Shown here: positions 1 through 7,919 of the stretch, one piece after another | Position numbering within the stretch: the first letter of the stretch is position 1 | Layout of the letters: each line of letters starts with the position of its first letter | From: Lachnospiraceae bacterium | GTDB taxonomy: Bacteria > Bacillota_I > Bacilli_A > RFN20 > CAG-449 | DNA: 64,000 nt | Reading direction: 5' to 3' | NCBI GenBank assembly: GCA_963648895.1 | Contig: CAVJGK010000001.1 | Coordinates: 26,745-90,744 of the forward strand | Translations under genes and position numbers: made by a program | Notes under the pieces: generated by a model | Databases searched by the model: none | What the model was told of the DNA's origin: nothing | The model's input: the letters and a program-made list of their open reading frames with translations, nothing else

Positions 1-10
1 GCGATTTTAA

Positions 11-292
11 TTAAAACCAGTTCTCAAAGAACCAATCAAATAATGAATTACTGTTATTTACAGTTGTATGGAAACTTCCATATTTCTTTAAGAACTCATC
101 TAGCTTTGCTTTAGCGTCTTTGTATGCTTCATTAGCTTTGTTATAAGCTTCTTCAACCTCTTTTGCTGCTTTAGCTCTTTCTTCCTTAGCAACAAGGTCT
201 TTCTTCTTTTTTTCGTCTAAAGCTAATTCAGCTTTTTCAAGTTCTTCAGTTGTGTCATAAACTTTATTAAGTTTTTCAGAAAAGTATTTCAT
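11..292 (-). CDS. hypothetical K/E-rich coiled-coil protein
   Basis: 93 aa ORF from the track. Low-complexity charged sequence with no recognisable motif. Confidence 0.35.
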   Translation of the reverse strand: MKYFSEKLNKVYDTTEELEKAELALDEKKKKDLVAKEERAKAAKEVEEAYNKANEAYKDAKAKLDEFLKKYGSFHTTVNNSNSLFDWFFENWF

Positions 293-374
293 TTTTTAAT
301 CCTCCTATTGATTAATTTTCAGCTGATCCTGTTCAGCTTTTATCTATATTTAAAAATAGACACTGAGGCGCTAT

Positions 375-587
375 CTATTCTAAACCCTTGATATCTTTAT
401 AATATACATAGTAGTCTTCAAAAGTATTAAATTCTTTTTTTAAATTTTTACTATTATTATAGCATTCTAATAATTGTTCTCTACTAAAAAAATTAGGATT
501 ATTTGTACCGACTATCAATGTTTCTTTTGCCCTATTGTATACTCTTTTGTTGTCATTCTCAATATGTCCCCATGGTGTTTTCTTCAT
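375..587 (-). CDS. hypothetical protein
   Basis: 70 aa ORF. Preceded by a GGAGG RBS and an AGTTTACA-N17-TATTAT promoter at about 600-650. Confidence 0.4.
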   Translation of the reverse strand: MKKTPWGHIENDNKRVYNRAKETLIVGTNNPNFFSREQLLECYNNSKNLKKEFNTFEDYYVYYKDIKGLE

Positions 588-650
588 CTAAAGTACCTCC
601 ATTTAACATAATTATAATAACGTAAATAGTTTAAATTGTAAACTATGTTT

Positions 651-920
651 TTATGATAGCTTAAAATCTTTGCCTTCATTTCTAATAATTAAATTTGGGT
701 ATTGTTTTAAAACGGCGAGTCTTAGTAAGGCATTGTCCAAATTCTCTTCTGTATTGATGATAATTTCATGGTATGTTTTATGTCTAAATAAGCTAATAAT
801 AGATATTAATTCAGGTGTAGAACCTTTAACTGTTAGGTCAAAAATTTCTATACTATCGCCTTCATTATAGTTATCAACTAGATTGCGAATATTATTTAAA
901 TCTGTCGAAAATATTTTCAT
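651..920 (-). CDS. hypothetical protein
   Basis: 89 aa ORF on the coding strand, flush with its neighbours. Confidence 0.35.
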   Translation of the reverse strand: MKIFSTDLNNIRNLVDNYNEGDSIEIFDLTVKGSTPELISIISLFRHKTYHEIIINTEENLDNALLRLAVLKQYPNLIIRNEGKDFKLS

Positions 921-966
921 GCTGTTTTCCTCCTACAAAAAAAGAGCAGTACTGCTCTTTTAATTT

Positions 967-1593
967 CTATTCTTTGGCAAGATCCTCTATCATTTCTTCA
1001 AATGAATCATATGTGCGGTTCACTATGGTTCTGTGTAATGAACGGTCATAGACATAAAATTTATAAAATGAAATAGCTTGGTCTATTGCCGATTGTTCTA
1101 ATAAAATAATTCCAATTTCTTTTTTATCAGGAAATCCTGATGTTAATTGGTAGCTTAATTGGGATAGCGATGGTACATGCTCTAATCCCAATTCAAGGAG
1201 TTGTTTCTCTTCCTCGGCAAAGGGCTTAGCCTCAACATCAGCTTTGACCTTTTGTGCCGCTTTATAGCAAGTATCAAAAGCAGACAATAAGTCTTCACAT
1301 TCATTAGGTCGACACTGTGCTTTTAATAAATAAGACCCGGCAGCGTTTTTAGGAAGATACCAGTAATTACGCAGACGCGAATATTTATTATAAATTAAGC
1401 TATAGCGAGGTCCATTAGGAGTGCTATCTAAAGTAAGTGTCAATCTAGGAATTGCCACTGTAACCGGTCTAAGCGTATTTTTAACTTCTATTCCAAAATC
1501 AAATGTCCATTTATCTGGAGCGGAGCTGGCATAGCTAATCTCAAACTCTGGATATTTATGTTCTACTTCATCTAATAATTCATTTATTTCCAT
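967..1593 (-). CDS. hypothetical protein
   Basis: 208 aa ORF with tight spacing to flanking genes. Confidence 0.45.
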   Translation of the reverse strand: MEINELLDEVEHKYPEFEISYASSAPDKWTFDFGIEVKNTLRPVTVAIPRLTLTLDSTPNGPRYSLIYNKYSRLRNYWYLPKNAAGSYLLKAQCRPNECEDLLSAFDTCYKAAQKVKADVEAKPFAEEEKQLLELGLEHVPSLSQLSYQLTSGFPDKKEIGIILLEQSAIDQAISFYKFYVYDRSLHRTIVNRTYDSFEEMIEDLAKE

Positions 1594-1596
1594 CTT

Positions 1597-2133
1597 TTAC
1601 CTCACTAAATACACATCGAAATAACCGTTGTAGTTATCCGAATAAGTTTCCGCATGACTTCCAACGAAAATGTCTATATGATAGTTATTTATACCACCAC
1701 CAACATCTTCTGCCACATATTCTATTCCATTAATAATTACATGTGAACCTAATGGAATTATATTAGGATCCACTGCAATTGTGTGATTAACCTGTGGTGC
1801 AACTCCTAAAGCGGTTGTTCCTATAAACTCTTCTTGACACTCGTAACAGTCATCATAAGCGGTTATTAAAAATTCTCCAAGATATAATACAGAAGATTGC
1901 TTTTCTTCTAATTTAGCAATTTTTGAAAGAATATTATTTGTAAATTCTTTAATATTAGGCGTTTCTGTCGCTTCTGGCAAACAAATAGTATTTAGGTAAG
2001 TAAATTGCTTAGGCTCTTCTTTTCGTGCAAATATGAAGACGAAAACACTTCCTATAATAATAAAAGGAATTAAGAGTATAAATACATGAAACCAATTTAT
2101 TTTTCTTTTCTTTTTCATGTACTTATTATACAC
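1597..2133 (-). CDS. membrane-anchored 3D-domain (MltA-like) protein
   Basis: N-terminal hydrophobic segment (FHVFILLIPFIIIGSVFVFIF). C-terminal D..G..I.G..IDIF(VG) pattern typical of 3D domains. Confidence 0.45.
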   Translation of the reverse strand: MYNKYMKKKRKINWFHVFILLIPFIIIGSVFVFIFARKEEPKQFTYLNTICLPEATETPNIKEFTNNILSKIAKLEEKQSSVLYLGEFLITAYDDCYECQEEFIGTTALGVAPQVNHTIAVDPNIIPLGSHVIINGIEYVAEDVGGGINNYHIDIFVGSHAETYSDNYNGYFDVYLVR

Positions 2134-2408
2134 CTAATTCCTATTTTTGTAAATCGTCTATTAGATCTTTTTGCAATAATTCAATTCACTCATCTATAGT
2201 ATGAGGAGTTTCATTATTATCTTCTTCCTCTTTTTGAAGAAGCTTAATTACATTATTTACAATCTTTTCATAGTTTACCATTCTTCTTTTGGTCTCTCTT
2301 TCTTTCGTGCTACTCTCGCATTTATTTCATTCTCAAGTAATCGATTCATTTTAGAAAGTGTAGTAAGAGTTTTTAAATCAGTATTAGCATCACTTAATAA
2401 AGTCATAA

Positions 2409-2786
2409 TTATTCCTCTATCTCACAATCTGGCTCAAATACTATTTCATTATCAGTAGAGTATAAACCTGCACAGATAAGATTTGTATGAACATCATTAA
2501 ATAAAATTGTTAGCAAAGATGAATAGTTCGCCATAAAATCGCATAGAATTTCTTGTGAAAATTCTTGAATTTGGTCTAAACCGTACGAATAGATAATAGC
2601 GTGCGTTAGTTCATGCTTTAGTGTCCGTTTAAATGCTCCACTGGATAAATCTTCTTCAATTGTAATTGTTTGATGACGATAATCAGTCAGTCCAATGTTA
2701 TCTCCTTCTAGAGGTTGTACCTCTACCATCCATGAAAGTCCATTGATTTCACAACTAGTATTTAAAGTTGTTGTTTCAGGTGTCAT
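2409..2786 (-). CDS. HExxH zincin-like metallopeptidase-domain protein
   Basis: LKHELTHAII motif in a 125 aa ORF. A promoter motif lies upstream at about 2800-2840. Confidence 0.4.
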   Translation of the reverse strand: MTPETTTLNTSCEINGLSWMVEVQPLEGDNIGLTDYRHQTITIEEDLSSGAFKRTLKHELTHAIIYSYGLDQIQEFSQEILCDFMANYSSLLTILFNDVHTNLICAGLYSTDNEIVFEPDCEIEE

Positions 2787-2850
2787 TTATTTTAACCCTC
2801 CATTTACATAATTATTATAGAGCTTAAAATAAAAATAGTAAACTAAGAAA

Positions 2851-3417
2851 TTAGCTTACTATTTGTTCAATTACTTCTTGTAGGGTATCACCTGTTATTT
2901 CTGTAACCTTTCCATCAGCAGAGGTTATTAACATAAATTTAGAATACATAGCAAATTTATCAAATCCAGGCATATAGATACGTACAGATACTAATGGGAG
3001 TGCGCGTCTACCCTCACCAAATATATCCAGCTCAAACTGAGACTTTGACCGCTTATACTGGGTAAATCTGTAGTCTTGGAGAAATTTGATATCTTCCTTA
3101 TATTGATCTGACTCCAAATATTTAATCAAATTATTATAGGTAGGAATCAATTTATCTAAGTAATCTATAATATCATCTTCAGAGCATTGATTTTTGCTCT
3201 CTTTATTTATTATAAACGGATAAGAATATGTTTCTAGATAAGCATCTATTGTGTACGCAGGAAAATCATTTTTTGAACTATGATACTCTGAGATTGTGCA
3301 CAATTTTAAGTTTTTATATTCAAATTCTGCTTTTGGATCAAATGTTCCAGTTAAAGTAAATTCAGGGTAGTTATCACAAATAAATTGTAAAAAATCTTTT
3401 GAATCTTTATACGACAT
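2851..3417 (-). CDS. hypothetical protein
   Basis: 188 aa ORF. Confidence 0.45.
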   Translation of the reverse strand: MSYKDSKDFLQFICDNYPEFTLTGTFDPKAEFEYKNLKLCTISEYHSSKNDFPAYTIDAYLETYSYPFIINKESKNQCSEDDIIDYLDKLIPTYNNLIKYLESDQYKEDIKFLQDYRFTQYKRSKSQFELDIFGEGRRALPLVSVRIYMPGFDKFAMYSKFMLITSADGKVTEITGDTLQEVIEQIVS

Positions 3418-3464
3418 ATTTTACCTCTTATTATACTATACAAATTTATACGGTTAAAGTTTCT

Positions 3465-3704
3465 TTATGACATCAGTTTAGTTATTACTTCTTCTACTGA
3501 ACTTTCGTAAACTGACATTATAAGTAATCCATTTTTCAAAATTTCTCCACGCCATGGATGAAATTTTACTGCCTTAGATATTGTTATAATAAGTTCTTCT
3601 AGATTGAGTACATAGCAGTCTAATGGGTTTAGAGTACTTCCGGACCATACATAGACAAATCCTAAGCTGTTTAAGTACTCTCTTTCTTCTTGTGAACATT
3701 CCAT
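3465..3704 (-). CDS. small LGF-motif family paralog
   Basis: LNSLGF motif and C-terminal VEEVITKLMS, shared with the family at 7258-11666. Confidence 0.5.
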   Translation of the reverse strand: MECSQEEREYLNSLGFVYVWSGSTLNPLDCYVLNLEELIITISKAVKFHPWRGEILKNGLLIMSVYESSVEEVITKLMS

Positions 3705-3713
3705 ACTTTCTTC

Positions 3714-3950
3714 TTACTCCATAAGTTTAGTTACTACTTCTTCTACTGATATCCCACCAGTTGCTTTTATAACAGATAGATTTTTCCAAATTTGTCCAAA
3801 CCACATACCAGTATCCATTTCTTTTCTTATCTGTATATTAAGTTCACCTAAGTTAAACTCATAGCGATTATCTTGCCTTAAATAACCACCATAATATACA
3901 AACTCAAACCCTAAACTGTAGAGGAAGTCATTTTCTTCCTGCGTAATCAT
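3714..3950 (-). CDS. small LGF-motif family paralog
   Basis: LYSLGF motif and C-terminal VEEVVTKLME. Tandem to 3465-3704. Confidence 0.5.
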   Translation of the reverse strand: MITQEENDFLYSLGFEFVYYGGYLRQDNRYEFNLGELNIQIRKEMDTGMWFGQIWKNLSVIKATGGISVEEVVTKLME

Positions 3951-4447
3951 TATGCGTCTTTCTTTTTAAGAAGTTTGAATGTATTACTCATAATTGTTTC
4001 ATAGTCTGTAGATTCAAATAAGCATGCGGGACACATTTTAGTATTACCTTCGAAGTCTTTTTCTTCAACTTCTACTAGACCTGTTAATTTATATCCATTT
4101 TTATCAAATGCAAGCGCTAGATTTTGAAAACCTGAGAAACCAGAAGAAATTGTAAATTCATTAATATTTTGTTCTTTTAGTATTTCAGCGTATGCTTCAG
4201 CTTGATTATCAAATATTGCTTCCTTAAAATCTAAATATTTTGCTTCATTTCTGCGTTGCTGCTCGTAAGCTCTGTAGATAGCGCAAGCAGCAATCTTCTT
4301 TTCTTCAGTATTGTAACTATTTATTAAATCATTATACACTTTATTTACTTGTGCTTTTGCAGTTGTTGTATCTATTTTATTGGCATCAAAATCCTTTTGT
4401 GTTTGTGTTACGATTTCATAAATGTTTTCAAAAATATTCATCCTCAA
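3950..4447 (-). CDS. hypothetical protein
   Basis: 165 aa ORF. Promoter-like TAGTTTAT...TATAAT motif upstream at about 4455-4500. Confidence 0.45.
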   Translation of the reverse strand: MRMNIFENIYEIVTQTQKDFDANKIDTTTAKAQVNKVYNDLINSYNTEEKKIAACAIYRAYEQQRRNEAKYLDFKEAIFDNQAEAYAEILKEQNINEFTISSGFSGFQNLALAFDKNGYKLTGLVEVEEKDFEGNTKMCPACLFESTDYETIMSNTFKLLKKKDA

Positions 4448-4499
4448 TTTCCTCTTTTCTTTACGTATTTATTATACCATGAATGAATAAAAAATAAAC

Positions 4500-5266
4500 T
4501 AAAAAACTCCGTAAATTTAAAAAACCCCCGGACCCGAAGGACACCGGAGGATAAACTGGAAAAATTTATCCAATTTAATAAGAAAAGATAGGGTTTAAAT
4601 TTTTGAGCGTACCTTAAAAACCCTTATAAGAAAGTATATTTGAGTCTTCACCCTGCATACTGTTATATCGGAACTATATTCTGCCATACCGAGAACATAT
4701 GTGAGCTATAAGTAGCGATCTTATAACTATATGCCCCTTTCGAGCGGTAAGAGGATTGATTACCCCTAGCTTTCATCAATCATTCACTTTCTAAAATCTT
4801 GCAATTCTTTAACCAAAGAATAAACAGGTTTTACCCTATTAGATTTTTCCAAATTATGACTACTCGAACCGTAAACTCGTCTTATACCTAGATTGCTCTA
4901 GTTCAATTGGAAATCTCGTTATTCGCATTTCCTAGGTTTGTCAAGTTGCGAAGCTTAAACCTAACTAGGATTCGGCAATGCTGTTAACACTGCTTTCTAT
5001 TGCCGAGACGACAAGAATCGTGCCATTAATTTCGATATTGTATGTACCACCAACACCACAAAATTCTCATTTAAGAACCTGAATAACTATATCACTATAG
5101 AAACCCATTAACTATTATTAGCTATCGTTAATAAATTGCCAATTGTGTAACCAAAGTATTGTTGATGTCTCAGCTGTATAACCTTACATCTTCACTGAGT
5201 TAAAATACTTTCTTATAAGAATTTTCAAAGAACTTTAAATAATATACAGGAAAATTTGTTTTCCTT
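4500..5266 (-). ncRNA. candidate structured stable RNA(s) downstream of the tRNA cluster
   Basis: About 770 nt with no ORF in any frame, even allowing TGA read-through. Locally GC-rich, with several perfect stems. CCGG..(12 nt)..CCGG near 4528-4547. AGGGTTT..(20 nt)..AAACCCT near 4580-4625. TCGGCAAT..(19 nt)..ATTGCCGA near 4971-5005. Co-oriented with, and immediately 3' of, the tRNA genes. Confidence 0.25.
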
Positions 5267-5356
5267 TGGCGTCCGTGGCAGGGTTTGAACCTGCGCACCG
5301 ATTGCTCGATCTAACAGTTTAGCAAACTGTCCTCTTAACCACTTGAGTACACGGAC
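5267..5356 (-). tRNA. tRNA-Ser (anticodon GCT)
   Basis: Cloverleaf folded by hand. Acceptor GTCCGTG/CACGGAC, anticodon loop TTGCTAA, long variable arm, T loop TTCAAAC, encoded GCCA 3' end. Confidence 0.8.
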
Positions 5357-5362
5357 ATTTTT

Positions 5363-5439
5363 TGGTAGGCGTAGCAGGAATTGAACCTACGATCTTACCC
5401 TTATCAGGGGCATATTCTAACCAACTGAACTATACGCCT
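5363..5439 (-). tRNA. tRNA-Ile (anticodon GAT)
   Basis: Acceptor AGGCGTA/TACGCCT, anticodon stem TGCCC/GGGTA with loop CTGATAA, T loop TTCAATT, ACCA 3' end. Confidence 0.8.
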
Positions 5440-5443
5440 ATAA

Positions 5444-5469
5444 TTTGACAGTTACATGTAACTGTCAAA
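5444..5469. repeat. perfect 26-nt palindrome TTTGACAGTTACATGTAACTGTCAAA
   Basis: Self-complementary over its whole length. Sits between tRNA-Ile and tRNA-Pro. Confidence 0.9.
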
Positions 5470-5498
5470 TAACGATTGATTCATTTCAATTGCTTCCA

Positions 5499-5576
5499 TG
5501 GTCTGGATAATAGGATTTGAACCTATAACCTCCTGATCCCAGGCCAGGCGCTCTACCAAGTTGAGCTATATCCAGA
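5499..5576 (-). tRNA. tRNA-Pro (anticodon TGG, less likely GGG)
   Basis: Acceptor CTGGATA/TATCCAG plus discriminator A and CCA. D arm GCTC..GAGC, anticodon arm CCTGG-CCTGGGA-TCAGG, T loop TTCAAAT. Confidence 0.7.
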
Positions 5577-5787
5577 TAATTGAAGGGGTTTTCAGTCTCC
5601 CTTCTCGACCTCTCGGATATGTTTTCAGTCTCTATCCCGACCAGCGTACGCTGCTGTTACGTCAGCGAATTGCTCATTTGTCTAATTGGCATTTTTTGAG
5701 CCTGACCTTATTTGAGTTGCATATCAGGTAGCAACATGCATTTGTGCGCGTAACTTTGCTAATGCGAACATGTCCTTACGCAGGACT

Positions 5788-5861
5788 GGTGCTGATTGAG
5801 AGAATCGAACTCCCACTAGATGCTTACAAGACAACTGTTCTACCATTAAACTAAATCAGTA
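5788..5861 (-). tRNA. tRNA-Thr (anticodon TGT), slightly irregular
   Basis: Acceptor ACTGATT/AATCAGC with an A1:C72 mismatch. D arm GTTT-AATGGTA-GAAC. Anticodon arm GTTGT-CTTGTAA-GCATC with one U:U mismatch. T arm GGGAG-TTCGATT-CTCTC, then ACCA. Confidence 0.5.
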
Positions 5862-5905
5862 TATGGCAGGGACTAAATAATATACAGAAAATAAATTTAT
5901 AATTT

Positions 5906-6799
5906 TTAGACCCTTCCCTTAGTAAACCCCGCAGGGCATGTATTAGCTAAAATATTAACTTTACCATCAGTATACCAATGCTTTCCATACGCGGGATTAG
6001 CACTTCCAGCATTCCAAGAAGTCATTTTTGGTTTTTCGTGTAGTTTGTGGTATTCTTCCGTTGACATAGTCAAGCGCTCATAGAAATCACGAGGGGATTT
6101 TACATTATAAGTTGTTTTGCAATATAATCACATATCTTCTAAATCGTAACCATATAATAACTTATATGAAAAGTCTTTAGGAACAGAATTAGCTTTTGCT
6201 TCAACTAAGTTTTTATCTGCGCGTTCTGATTTTAATTCTACAATAGTATTAGTATCAGGAAGATAAAAATCAGGAATATACACATGTGGACTATTTTGCC
6301 ACACATACTCAAAAGTAAATTTACAGCGCTCTATTTTAATGTCATGGTCTAAGCAATACACCAAAAAGATCAATTCATAACTAGATTGAAATGGCAAATC
6401 TTTGTAATAACCGTGATAACTGGAACTGCAATTTGTACTTCCACAAGCGATAGCAATTTTTTGTTTAGTTTCTAGCGAGTGTGGGCGTGAGCTCGAACAA
6501 GAACGAGAGCAATAAATACCGGTTCCAATTTTTTTATAAAATTGTTTACCGCAAGTCTTGCAAAAATGCTGCTCGCTATCCCACTGCGCTTGTTTTGCAT
6601 CTCGTACTGCTTTACACTTCGCTTTATAAGCTGCAGTTGCTAATGCCAGGTTCTGTTTAGCACATCTCATTCGTGCTTCCCATTTTTCATCCCCAAGATT
6701 AACTCGGCAATTAGATTTGTGGGCATTGAAACTCTGAGCATTTGTATAAGTTTTTCCGCATTTACATGTGTAAATGCCTGCGTATTTAGATGTCTTCAT
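5906..6799 (-). CDS. homing-endonuclease-like protein inside the tRNA cluster, read through one in-frame TGA
   Basis: Starts MKTSKYAGIYTCKCGK at 6799, 10 nt after the suppressor tRNA. Zn-finger-like CKCGK..HKSNC, a NUMOD-like SLETKQKIAIA element, and a PD-(D/E)XK-like IPDFYLPDTNTIVELK. TGA at 6128-6130 is followed in frame by 74 more codons ending in the conserved homing-endonuclease C-terminal motif SWNAGS..HWYTDGKVNILANTCPAGFTKGR. The track N-terminus MCSVMVAH... is a translation of the tRNA and is spurious. Confidence 0.55.
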
Positions 6800-6809
6800 A
6801 GTTAAAATC

Positions 6810-6903
6810 TGGCAAGTGTGATAGGACTCGAACCTACTCCCGCGGTTGTGGGCGCCGCTACCCGGTTTTGAAGACCGGTGTGCTACCATTACACTACACA
6901 CTT
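6810..6903 (-). tRNA. suppressor tRNA with anticodon UCA (reads UGA), class II with long variable arm
   Basis: Hand-folded. Acceptor AAGTGTG/CACACTT with G73 and encoded CCA. D arm GTGT-AATGGTA-GCAC. Anticodon stem CCGGT/ACCGG with loop CUUCAAA (U33, anticodon UCA, A37). Roughly 24-nt variable arm with GCGG/CCGC stem. T arm GTAGG-TTCGAGT-CCTAT. Confidence 0.8.
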
Positions 6904-7018
6904 ATTAATGCTGGATTCACTATTTATGATACCAGCTAGACCCAAACAGTTCCTAGCTCTCTCCACAGAACATGACTCCGATCCCGAGACGTCACTGATA
7001 ACCGAGTGCGTACGCTTT

Positions 7019-7093
7019 TGGTTGCGGATGGAAGATTCGAACTTCCGACCTCCAGGTTATGAGCCTAGCGAACTACCTCTGTTCTAATCCGCG
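7019..7093 (-). tRNA. tRNA-Met (anticodon CAT), initiator-like
   Basis: C1:A72 mismatch (CGCGGAT...ATCCGCA-ACCA). Anticodon loop CTCATAA, T loop TTCGAAT. Shows the bacterial initiator features. Confidence 0.8.
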
Positions 7094-7122
7094 ATATTAA
7101 GAAGTTCCTTAACTTCTTCTTT

Positions 7123-7151
7123 ATTATAATATACGACTTTAAATTTGTAAA
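7123..7151 (-). promoter_or_regulatory. sigma-70-type promoter TAGTTTACA-N17-TATAAT driving the tRNA cluster
   Basis: Coding-strand reading gives TTTACA (7151-7146), a 17-nt spacer and TATAAT (7128-7123). It is about 30 nt upstream of tRNA-Met. Confidence 0.5.
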
Positions 7152-7257
7152 CTATTTTTTACTTATTTTTTCGTATATTTTTCGTGCTTTACCTTAAGCA
7201 CATAAATATAATAACATGAAAGAATAAAAAAAGAAACTAGTTTTTAACTAATTTCTT

Positions 7258-7611
7258 CTATTTAGTTATTTGCTCAATTAATTCCTTAAGTGTCTTGTAG
7301 AAAGCATAATCATCTTTAGGAATTTGTATTGACTTATTTTCAGTATCAATAGTTGCAGTATATTGAGTTGGGAATCCATTATTAAATACTGTAATATTAA
7401 TAGTTACTACTATCCATTTTCCAAATTCTTTTTCAAATCTACCATTATCGATGACCGCAATATTCATAAACTCATGAGGTTCGTAGTACCCTGATGAATC
7501 CATAACATCCCATTTAGTAAAACCTAAATCATCTAATAAAGATAAATCTTCAGTAAAATCAATTTTTAGATAGTCACTTATTTGTTTTGAAATTTCTTCT
7601 GATATTTTCAT
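7258..7611 (-). CDS. small LGF-motif family paralog
   Basis: Likely start MKISEEISKQ (the track ORF is extended upstream). LDDLGF motif and C-terminal LKELIEQITK. Confidence 0.5.
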   Translation of the reverse strand: MKISEEISKQISDYLKIDFTEDLSLLDDLGFTKWDVMDSSGYYEPHEFMNIAVIDNGRFEKEFGKWIVVTINITVFNNGFPTQYTATIDTENKSIQIPKDDYAFYKTLKELIEQITK

Positions 7612-7613
7612 AT

Positions 7614-7917
7614 TTACTTCATTAACTCCTCTAATGCCTGTTCCAGCGTATCTGCATAGCAAAATTCAGCACCATTAACCCAGATCGCTATATGCGCAGT
7701 ACCTTGTATAAACCTCTCCTTATTTCGTATACGTATAGTTATAAAAAGAGGAACATCCTCAGTTAGGAGTATTTTTTTTACGATAGTCCAGCGAATGTGA
7801 AAACGCATATTCTAGGGCAAACCCTAGTTCGGACATGGTAGTGATTTCTTTTTCTGCTTGCTTCTTCTTGTCATCAGTAGATAAATTTTCTATATATTTA
7901 AGTTCGGTTTTGGTCAT
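7614..7917 (-). CDS. LGF-motif family paralog interrupted by a +1 frameshift at an A8 tract
   Basis: N-terminal frame MTKTELKYIENL...MSELGFALEYAFSHSLDYRKK runs to the A8 run at 7772-7779. C-terminal frame ILLTEDVPLFITIRIRNKERF...HIAIWVNGAEFCYADTLEQALEELMK follows it. Removing one A restores a full-length family member that aligns to 9859-10161 and 10771-11070. Confidence 0.4.
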
Positions 7918-7919
7918 AT

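Noticed and set aside
6810-6903. Selenocysteine tRNA (selC-like) interpretation of the UCA tRNA
   Set aside because: The acceptor is 7 bp (not 8) with a standard 5-bp T stem. No SECIS-like context is evident, and the TGAs lie in fibre and endonuclease genes that are not plausible selenoproteins. A Ser/Leu-class suppressor is more likely, though charging identity is untested.
6911-7018. Possible additional tRNA between the suppressor tRNA and tRNA-Met
   Set aside because: No acceptor/T-arm pairing could be found on either strand. Only local hairpins are present, such as GCTGG...CCAGC.
6878-7087. Plus-strand ORF, and the N-terminal 33 aa of track ORF 6128-6901
   Set aside because: Both are translations of tRNA genes (suppressor tRNA and tRNA-Met). 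The endonuclease-like gene starts at the ATG at 6799.
7614-7808. Alignment suggesting TGA corresponds to Trp (a W in ORF 7614-7808 opposite the TGA of 10473-10768)
   Set aside because: The W lies in a frame that is out of register upstream of the A8 tract. The correctly framed sequence has S at that position, so the identity of the inserted amino acid remains undetermined.
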